From contig CARYZD010000010.1 in the NCBI GenBank assembly GCA_949106495.1, positions 4,790 through 68,789 on the forward strand: a stretch of 64,000 nt of DNA, written 5' to 3'. The notes under the pieces were generated by a model. That model did no database searches. It saw nothing but the letters and a program-made list of their open reading frames with translations, and was not told the DNA's origin. This stretch comes from an uncultured Clostridia bacterium (GTDB taxonomy: Bacteria > Bacillota > Clostridia > TANB77 > CAG-465). The position numbers and the translations under genes are program-made. Shown here piece after piece: positions 10,408 to 17,092 of this stretch (position 1 is its first letter; each line of letters starts with the position of its first letter).

Positions 10408-11891
10408 ATGAGTAAAAATAATAAAGCAGATATGTATTTAGACATGATTGCACTTCATAAGGAAGTAACTGGCTCATGTATTCTTTGTAAGGTGAGGTTA
10501 CCCAATAGAGAAACATTAAAATTTATTGTAGACTGTGGTTTATTTCAAGAAGAAAAATATAATTTTTCAAATTACTCTTTTCCATTTGAACCATCAGAAA
10601 TTGATTTTGCTCTTGTGACACATACTCACATTGACCATATAGGTAGAATACCAAAACTATATAAAGATGGATTTAAAGGAAAAACTTATACAAACCTACT
10701 AGCTGCAGAATTAATGCCAATTGCTCTAAATAATACTGCTGAAATATTATCTTCAAATATTCAAAAAAATTCAAAGAAAAAAGTAATTGTTGATTCTTCA
10801 ATTCCGGTATTTGATACTTCTAAGCCTTTATTTGATAATGAAGATGTAGCAAATGCAATGGAAAATGTTGTAGGAATAGACTTTAATAAAACATTTAGGA
10901 TAAATGACCATGTTAATGTAACTTTTTTTATGAACCGGTCATACAGTAGGTTCTTCATGTATACTAGTAACTATACATTATAAAGGTCAAGAACCAATAA
11001 ATATGTTATTTACTGGTGATTACGCTAGTTCAAATTCATTTTTTAATGTTGAAGATATCCCAGATAAATTTAAAAATTTATCTATAAATCTTGTTACCGA
11101 ATCAACTTATGGTACTACTAGCAAAAAAGAAATAAAACACAATTTTAATGACTTAGTAATTAACTCAATAAAAAATAAAGAAACATTAATTATTACTCTT
11201 TTTGCTTTTGGAAGAATGCAAGAAATTAAATATGTACTAAAAAAATTACAAGATGATAAACTATTAAATAAAGATATTAAAATATACTCAGATGGAAAAC
11301 TAGCTCATGAATATGATAATTTTTATATCTCACACAGTGATAAGTTCTGTATAAAAGACTTTATGCCCAAAAATATAACACCTGTAAATGGATTTGAGCA
11401 AAGAAATAGTATTCTAGCAGATAGAGACTGTAAAATTATTTTAACAACTTCTGGAATGGGCAATTATGGACCAGCACAGGTATATTTACCATATTATATC
11501 TCTAATCCTAAATGTACAGTTATATTTGGTGGATATACTGCTGAAAACACTCTTGGTAGAAAACTTCAAGAAGTTGAAGAACGGTGAATTATTTAATTTA
11601 AATGGTATTATGACAAAGAAAAAAGCTAAAGTACACTCAACTAACGAATTTTCTAGTCACGCTAAACAAGAAGACTTACTAGACTTAATGAGAAAATTCC
11701 CAAATTTAAAGTCTGTATCAATAAATCATGGTGAAACAAATGTTAAAGAAGCATTTGCAAAAAAAGTAATTAACGATATAAATCCTAAAAAAGTATCAAT
11801 ACTTGGACCAGAAAATTATATACGTTTTAGTGGTTATGGCATAATGAAGTCATTTGTAGCAACTGATTTAAATTTTAATATAACTAATTAA
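10408..11891 (+). pseudogene. MBL-fold / beta-CASP family ribonuclease-like hydrolase, interrupted by two frameshifts
   Basis: Three consecutive ORF pieces in different frames make one protein. Piece 1 has the HxHxDH motif (VTHTHIDHIGR). After the T7 run at 10923-10929 the reading continues in another frame as TGHTVGSSCILVTIHYKGQEPINMLFTGDY. A second shift occurs near 11580-11582 (GAAGAACGG). Piece 3 has the FSSHA and INHGE motifs of the beta-CASP C-terminus. Confidence 0.8.
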
Positions 11892-11900
11892 AATACAAAA

Positions 11901-11924
11901 AAGATGGAATATTTTTTCCATCTT
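11901..11924. terminator. Bidirectional hairpin terminator
   Basis: AAGATGGAA (11901-11909) pairs with TTCCATCTT (11916-11924), flanked by A- and T-runs. Confidence 0.6.
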
Positions 11925-11932
11925 TTATATTT

Positions 11933-12559
11933 TTAATATGGTAGTATTTCTATAGTCTTCTCTTTAGACCATATTTCATTTCTTGCTATTAATCTAAATC
12001 TTTTTCCCTTAGATTTTAAATATGCTGCAAAAAGTCTTATAAAGTTCTTATATTCTATAAATCCTTTTATTAAATGGTTGTTATTTAAGTATATAACTAC
12101 ATTCTCTTTTGCAAGTTTTGATTCATACTTTTTGTAAAAATATAGTATTTTGTTTTTTATTTTATGTATTTCATCTGATTCATCAAAATAATTTGTATTC
12201 TCTATAAATTCTTCAATAATTGTTTTATGTTTATTTCCAACTCCTTTATACGTTCCATCTAAAAGATATGCATTAATTAATAAAGTATATTGCGCTATAT
12301 CTTTATATTTACATTCTTTCGATTTCAAATAATTTGGAAATAAATATACACCTTTAAGAATACTAGCCATTATTTTATCCTTTTCTTCACTAGTAAGATT
12401 AACTTTAGGAAAATTATATATTTTAATCTCATTTCTATCATGATTAAAATAAACATCTCCTTCTATTTCATGGTCTTCATCATAAACTGAATCCTTATAT
12501 AAGAAAATCTTTTGATGACTTTCAAAAAACTCCACACTACAACTATCCTTTTTAAACAT
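11933..12559 (-). CDS. Hypothetical cytoplasmic protein
   Basis: An ORF of 208 aa bounded by terminators. No motif recognised. Confidence 0.55.
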   Translation of the reverse strand: MFKKDSCSVEFFESHQKIFLYKDSVYDEDHEIEGDVYFNHDRNEIKIYNFPKVNLTSEEKDKIMASILKGVYLFPNYLKSKECKYKDIAQYTLLINAYLLDGTYKGVGNKHKTIIEEFIENTNYFDESDEIHKIKNKILYFYKKYESKLAKENVVIYLNNNHLIKGFIEYKNFIRLFAAYLKSKGKRFRLIARNEIWSKEKTIEILPY

Positions 12560-12683
12560 TTCCTCTCTCCTTTATTATAATATTCTAATAGAAAGTATTA
12601 ACTTTCTATACTTCTTTTTTTAATACATGTATATTTTACCATAATTATGTAAATTAATCAAGTTTGTATTTTAGATATAAAAA

Positions 12684-12707
12684 AGCAACTAGATTTCTCT
12701 AGTTGCT
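12684..12707 (-). terminator. Hairpin terminator downstream of rpmA
   Basis: AGCAACTAGA (12684-12693) pairs with TCTAGTTGCT (12698-12707). There is a T-run on the minus strand (A-run 12679-12683 on plus). Confidence 0.7.
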
Positions 12708-12714
12708 TATATTA

Positions 12715-12975
12715 TTATTCTTCTACAGGATATACGCTAACTTTTTTGTCGCTTCTTCCTTTTCTTTCGAATTTAACGACACCGTCAACTCTTGCGTATA
12801 AAGTATCATCGCTTCCGATACCAACGTTAGTACCTGGATGAACTTTAGTTCCTCTTTGTCTATATAATATATTTCCTGCTAAAACGTATTGACCATCTGC
12901 TCTTTTAGCTCCAAGTCTTTTAGCTTCACTATCTCTACCATTTTTAGTAGATCCGCCGCCTTTTTTATGTGCCAT
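12715..12975 (-). CDS. rpmA: 50S ribosomal protein L27 (no N-terminal propeptide)
   Basis: The product starts [22 protein letters not shown], directly at the mature-type N-terminus. RBS AAGGAGTGAG precedes the ATG, and only 37 nt separate it from the rplU stop. Confidence 0.95.
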   Translation of the reverse strand: MAHKKGGGSTKNGRDSEAKRLGAKRADGQYVLAGNILYRQRGTKVHPGTNVGIGSDDTLYARVDGVVKFERKGRSDKKVSVYPVEE

Positions 12976-13012
12976 TTATCTCACTCCTTTTTTATTCACA
13001 TTACGTCTTAAA

Positions 13013-13366
13013 TTATTCTGCTACTTCTTCTGTAGCTTTTTTAGCTCTTGTTCCAGTTGTTATTTTTTCAATTTGAATTTTAGTATAAGGTTGTCTATGA
13101 CCTCTAACTTTTCTTTCATTTTTCTTAGGTTTGTATTTAAATACTACAACCTTTTTAGCTTTTCCATGTCCAACAACTGTAGCTTTAACTTTAGCTCCTT
13201 TAACAGTATCAGTTCCAACTGTTACTTTATCTCCGTCTGAAACTAATAGAACTTTATCAAAAGTAGTTGTTTTACCTTCTTCTAATTCTTCTAGTCTGTC
13301 TACGAAAACAATGTCTCCTTCTTGAACTTTGTACTGTTTTCCACTGATTTCAACTATTGCGTACAT
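13013..13366 (-). CDS. rplU: 50S ribosomal protein L21
   Basis: [14 protein letters not shown]...[24 protein letters not shown] is the canonical L21 sequence. Confidence 0.95.
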   Translation of the reverse strand: MYAIVEISGKQYKVQEGDIVFVDRLEELEEGKTTTFDKVLLVSDGDKVTVGTDTVKGAKVKATVVGHGKAKKVVVFKYKPKKNERKVRGHRQPYTKIQIEKITTGTRAKKATEEVAE

Positions 13367-13375
13367 AATGTTCCT

Positions 13376-13406
13376 CCTTAATTCTAACTTTCTCTCGCCA
13401 TTAAGG
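13376..13406 (-). promoter_or_regulatory. RBS-sequestering hairpin in the rplU leader (candidate L21-leader type autoregulatory element)
   Basis: On the minus strand CCTTAAT...ATTAAGG forms a perfect 7-bp stem. Its 3' arm is part of the rplU Shine-Dalgarno (AAGGAGG). The leader, about 75 nt long, is the most GC-rich intergenic stretch nearby. Confidence 0.45.
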
Positions 13407-13447
13407 TGCTTATGCTTAATACCTTTTCTGTGCGGAATACGTGTATT

Positions 13448-13476
13448 ATTTTAACATAGTAATAAATAATTGTCAA
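13448..13476 (-). promoter_or_regulatory. sigma-A type promoter of rplU-rpmA (TTGACA-17 nt-TAAAAT)
   Basis: Minus-strand TTGACA (plus 13471-13476) and TAAAAT (plus 13448-13453), with a 17-nt spacer. Confidence 0.55.
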
Positions 13477-13501
13477 TGTTTTTTATCAATTTCTAATTTA
13501 T

Positions 13502-14038
13502 TTAATCTTTTTTATTTATAAATTCTTCAACTATCTTACTTGCTTCATAAAAAACTTCGTCTACTTTTTCTAATTCATCTTTTTTAAATCTTTGTAATAC
13601 AAAATCTGCCATATCTTGTTTTTCATGTTTTAATCCACCCAATCCAATTCTAATTCTTGGCATATTTTGACTAGATAACATTTGAACAATATTTTTCATA
13701 CCATTATGAGAACCACCACTTCCTTTTTCTCTATATCTAAGTGTTCCAAATGGTATATCTATATCGTCAAATATAACAAGAATATCTTCATCTTCTAATT
13801 TATACCAATTTTTCAATTTAACTACTGAATTTCCACTTAAATTCATAAAAGTTGTAGGCTTAGCAAAAATAATTTTTTCTCCATTAATTTTAGTTTCGCC
13901 TGTTAAAGCATCACAATTATTTTTACTAACATCTACACCATAAATTTTAGATAAATAATCTATAAAAAGCCATCCAACATTATGTCTTGTTTTACTATAT
14001 TTTTCTCCAGGATTTCCAAGTCCTACAATTATTTTCAT
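13502..14038 (-). CDS. pth: Peptidyl-tRNA hydrolase
   Basis: The product starts MKIIVGLGNPGEKYSKTRHNVGW and contains GGSHNGMKNI, both canonical Pth motifs. Confidence 0.95.
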   Translation of the reverse strand: MKIIVGLGNPGEKYSKTRHNVGWLFIDYLSKIYGVDVSKNNCDALTGETKINGEKIIFAKPTTFMNLSGNSVVKLKNWYKLEDEDILVIFDDIDIPFGTLRYREKGSGGSHNGMKNIVQMLSSQNMPRIRIGLGGLKHEKQDMADFVLQRFKKDELEKVDEVFYEASKIVEEFINKKD

Positions 14039-14212
14039 TATATTTAAACCATCCTTTTTCTACGTTTTAAAAAATCTATCTTCTTTTTATCCTTAGTTTC
14101 GCAAAAACTCTTGAAAAAATAAGTATTTTATAGTATTATTATATATGAATTAGTTTAATATGTCAATTAGACATCTGTTAACTATTTATATTACTGAAAG
14201 TGGTGATTTCGT

Positions 14213-16711
14213 TTGATAAATAATCTTTTTAAGAAACTGCATATCAAAGCTAAGCCTGAGAAAGTTTTTACATATATTTTCTATGCTATTAGTATAATAG
14301 TAGCATTTTATTCTTTAACAAGAATATTAAGCTTAGCTGCTGGTACAATTAGAATTAGTGATTGGGTAACTATAGATTCACTATTACCTTATCTAACTTC
14401 TATTATATACTTAATTCCAGCACTTGCATTCTCATTTTTTGTAAACTCTGGAATTGCAAAAAATGATGATCATAAAATAAAAATGTTTATATTTACATGT
14501 GTTTTATTAGTATTACCAATACTTTACTCAGTTTCAACAACTGTAAACTTTATATCATGGAAAGTATTAGAACACTTACCAAATTATGAGAAAGTATTAA
14601 AAACATATCCTACACTTATAGCTCCAGCTATAAAGGCTCTATGTTTAGCAATACCATTTATATCTATTACATATATATTAGATTATTTTCTATCTATATA
14701 TAATAGTGAAGATTTAACAAAATCAATTGCAGGTTATGTTGGTCTTACAATTAATGGTAAAAAGAAAAGTGATGCTTTTGATTGTAATACTGTAATTGGT
14801 AGTGCAAAAGGTACTTCTGTTCCAATTGTTGTTCCAGAGAAAAAACGTTATGAAGCAACACTTGTACAAGGAGCTACAGGTACTGGTAAAACAGCTACTG
14901 TATTATTACCAATGAGTGCTTTAGATATTGAGAAAAAATTCTTCTTTAGAGAATATTCTAAAAAAATTGGATATGCTATGTTAAAAAAAGGTATCGCATA
15001 TATGAATGGTCCTTACGACAACAGATATGTAAATAGAAACTTTTCTTTAAATCTGTTAAGACCTAAAAATGGAATGGAAGATCAATTTGATAGTGAAGTT
15101 GCTCCTCTAGTTCAATATAAAGATAATGCAACAGGTGTTACAACCTATAGAAACTTAGGTATAACTATTGTTGAAAATGATGGTAACTTTATATCTCAAT
15201 TTATTGGAGTTGCAAAAAACTTTGATATGGATGTATTATCTATTGACCCTGCAAATCCAGACACAACATTAAGCATAAATCCATTTGCTATACCAGACCC
15301 TGCTAAGGCAGCATCTATAGTAGCAGATGTTCTTATGGCAATGTATGGTAGCGATTCAAAAGGAAGCAGCGACCCATTCTTTACACAGGTTACAATTGAT
15401 GCATTCCAAAACTTAACAATATTACTTAAAGAAATGTATCCTATTCTTCATAATGGAGAGATGGCATCTTTAGAAGATATGCTTGAATTATTATATAACT
15501 TTGATGCTGTTGAAGAAATGACTGAAGAAATGAAAAAAGTTCCAGAACTTGAACAAAAATATAAACTACTTATTAAATATTTTGAAAAGAATTTCTATAA
15601 ACCAAGTTTAAATATAAATGGATATGAAATTCCTGGTACTCGTGGTAGTGGTAGAAAAGATACAGAAAAATTCTTATATGGTGCTATCACTCAACTTAAT
15701 AACTTAGTTCGTAACCCAGGACTTAAAGCCGCATTATGTGGTAAGAAAAATGTAATCGATTTTGATAAAGCTCTTGCAAATGGTAGTATAATAACTGCAT
15801 GCTCAAGAAAAGGTGACCTTGGTATAATCCAAGCTAAAGCTTTTGGTATGTTCTTTATATTACAATTCCAAGATGCTGTACTAAGAAGAAAAGGAAATGA
15901 AGAATCAAGAACACCTAACTTCTTATACATAGATGAGTTCCCAGAATACATCACAAAAGATATGGATGTAATGTTTACACTATTTAGAAAATATAGATGT
16001 GGTGTTACAGTTGCTATTCAAAACTTATCTCAACTTGAAAAATCTGGACACTCATACTACAGACAAACAGTACTTGCAAATACAAAAACTCAAATCGTAT
16101 TTGGTGATACAGTACCAGAAGATAGCAAATACTGGAGTGGAGCTTTTGGTATGGAGAAAAAAGTAGATGCTACTACACCATATAAATTTGACGAAAAAGG
16201 TCAATTAAAAGCTGATGCAACTAAACTTGATGTTAAAGATAAAGAAAGAATTAAAATACACAAACTTGCAGAACTTGGATTTGGTTCTATGTTCTTTAAA
16301 ACTAAAACAGCAAATGGTAAAACAGTATTTGGCGAAGGTAAAACAACTTTCTTAGCATCAAAATACAAAGAAAAACAAAATACACTTATGTTTAACTTTG
16401 AAAAATATATGATGTCAAAACCCGATACTCCAACTATAACAATGAAAGATAGTGACACTTCATCAAATGATGATAAATTATTTGGAGTTAACACAACAAA
16501 TAGATTAAAAGAAGAAATTAAAAAATCTAGTAATATGTCTAATGTTAATGCAAATACAGATTTCATTAAAGTTGGAAATATTAATGATGCACCAAATGAT
16601 GATTTTGAAATAATATTTGAAAATACAGAAGTTACATTAGATAAACAAGGAAATGGTGGAGCAATAACAGAACATTATGAATCTCCAATCATTAAAAGAA
16701 ATAAAAAATAA
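14213..16711 (+). CDS. Type IV coupling protein-like (VirD4/TraG/TraD family) membrane ATPase, orphan
   Basis: About 4 N-terminal TM helices. Walker A is LVQGATGTGKTATVLLP. Walker B is NFLYIDEFPEYI, followed by FRKYRCGVTVAIQNLSQLEK (the R...Q..SQL pattern of the TraG-D_C region). The C-terminal tail is Asn/Asp/Lys-rich. The start codon is TTG. Confidence 0.7.
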   Translation: MINNLFKKLHIKAKPEKVFTYIFYAISIIVAFYSLTRILSLAAGTIRISDWVTIDSLLPYLTSIIYLIPALAFSFFVNSGIAKNDDHKIKMFIFTCVLLVLPILYSVSTTVNFISWKVLEHLPNYEKVLKTYPTLIAPAIKALCLAIPFISITYILDYFLSIYNSEDLTKSIAGYVGLTINGKKKSDAFDCNTVIGSAKGTSVPIVVPEKKRYEATLVQGATGTGKTATVLLPMSALDIEKKFFFREYSKKIGYAMLKKGIAYMNGPYDNRYVNRNFSLNLLRPKNGMEDQFDSEVAPLVQYKDNATGVTTYRNLGITIVENDGNFISQFIGVAKNFDMDVLSIDPANPDTTLSINPFAIPDPAKAASIVADVLMAMYGSDSKGSSDPFFTQVTIDAFQNLTILLKEMYPILHNGEMASLEDMLELLYNFDAVEEMTEEMKKVPELEQKYKLLIKYFEKNFYKPSLNINGYEIPGTRGSGRKDTEKFLYGAITQLNNLVRNPGLKAALCGKKNVIDFDKALANGSIITACSRKGDLGIIQAKAFGMFFILQFQDAVLRRKGNEESRTPNFLYIDEFPEYITKDMDVMFTLFRKYRCGVTVAIQNLSQLEKSGHSYYRQTVLANTKTQIVFGDTVPEDSKYWSGAFGMEKKVDATTPYKFDEKGQLKADATKLDVKDKERIKIHKLAELGFGSMFFKTKTANGKTVFGEGKTTFLASKYKEKQNTLMFNFEKYMMSKPDTPTITMKDSDTSSNDDKLFGVNTTNRLKEEIKKSSNMSNVNANTDFIKVGNINDAPNDDFEIIFENTEVTLDKQGNGGAITEHYESPIIKRNKK

Positions 16712-16718
16712 AGTAAAA

Positions 16719-16745
16719 AGGTCTTGCTAACGCAAGGCTTTTTTA
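16719..16745 (+). terminator. Intrinsic terminator after the T4CP-like gene
   Basis: GGTCTTGC-TAAC-GCAAGGCT hairpin followed by TTTTT. Confidence 0.6.
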
Positions 16746-16752
16746 CATAATA

Positions 16753-16781
16753 TTGATTAATTTTATATTATATGCTATAAT
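16753..16781 (+). promoter_or_regulatory. sigma-A type promoter TTGATT-17 nt-TATAAT with TGn extended -10
   Basis: TTGATT at 16753-16758 and TGCTATAAT ending at 16781, upstream of the small ORF at 16861. Confidence 0.5.
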
Positions 16782-16860
16782 ATTATTCATACAATTACAA
16801 ATATTGATTTTACAATATAATTATGTGTAATGAAAATAAATTGTTAGGAGGTAGATAAGT

Positions 16861-17040
16861 ATGCTATTAGAAAAAGAATGTGAAGAATGTAATGGTACAG
16901 GATATGTAACTTGCGAAACTTGTAAAGGTGATGGTCGTGTATTTTGGCCTGGCGTAAGTGGTAAAAACTATCCATGTTCAGAATGCCATTCAAAAGGCAA
17001 AGTAGAATGTGAGAATTGTCGTGGTAAAGGATATGTTTAA
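16861..17040 (+). CDS. 59-aa cysteine-rich zinc-finger miniprotein (DnaJ CR-domain-like CxxCxGxG repeats)
   Basis: Absent from the ORF track. RBS AGGAGG lies 8 nt upstream of the ATG. My translation is MLLEKECEECNGTGYVTCETCKGDGRVFWPGVSGKNYPCSECHSKGKVECENCRGKGYV, with four CxxC pairs. A terminator follows directly. The tracked antisense ORF 16844-17047 is a shadow of this gene. Confidence 0.7.
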   Translation: MLLEKECEECNGTGYVTCETCKGDGRVFWPGVSGKNYPCSECHSKGKVECENCRGKGYV

Positions 17041-17050
17041 TAAACAAAAA

Positions 17051-17077
17051 ATCTGTGTAAAAACACAGATTTTTTTA
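17051..17077. terminator. Bidirectional hairpin terminator (zinc-finger ORF and secA)
   Basis: ATCTGTGT (17051-17058) pairs with ACACAGAT (17063-17070), flanked by A6 and T7 runs. Confidence 0.7.
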
Positions 17078-17092
17078 TGCTACTAATCATCA

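Noticed and set aside
11466-11587. Overlap of two tracked plus-strand ORFs, considered as genuine overlapping genes
   Set aside because: Both pieces belong to the same beta-CASP protein in different frames. The overlap results from a frameshift near 11580, not from a nested gene.
14213-16711. T4CP-like gene as evidence of an integrative conjugative element in the window
   Set aside because: No integrase, relaxase, VirB4/VirB6-type genes, direct repeats or tRNA target sites flank it. Its composition matches the host. Only the single gene can be supported.
16844-17047. Tracked 67-aa minus-strand ORF
   Set aside because: It has no RBS, a His/Leu/Ile-rich composition, and lies exactly antisense to a plus-strand ORF that has an RBS, a promoter, a terminator and a regular CxxC pattern. 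I treat it as a shadow ORF.
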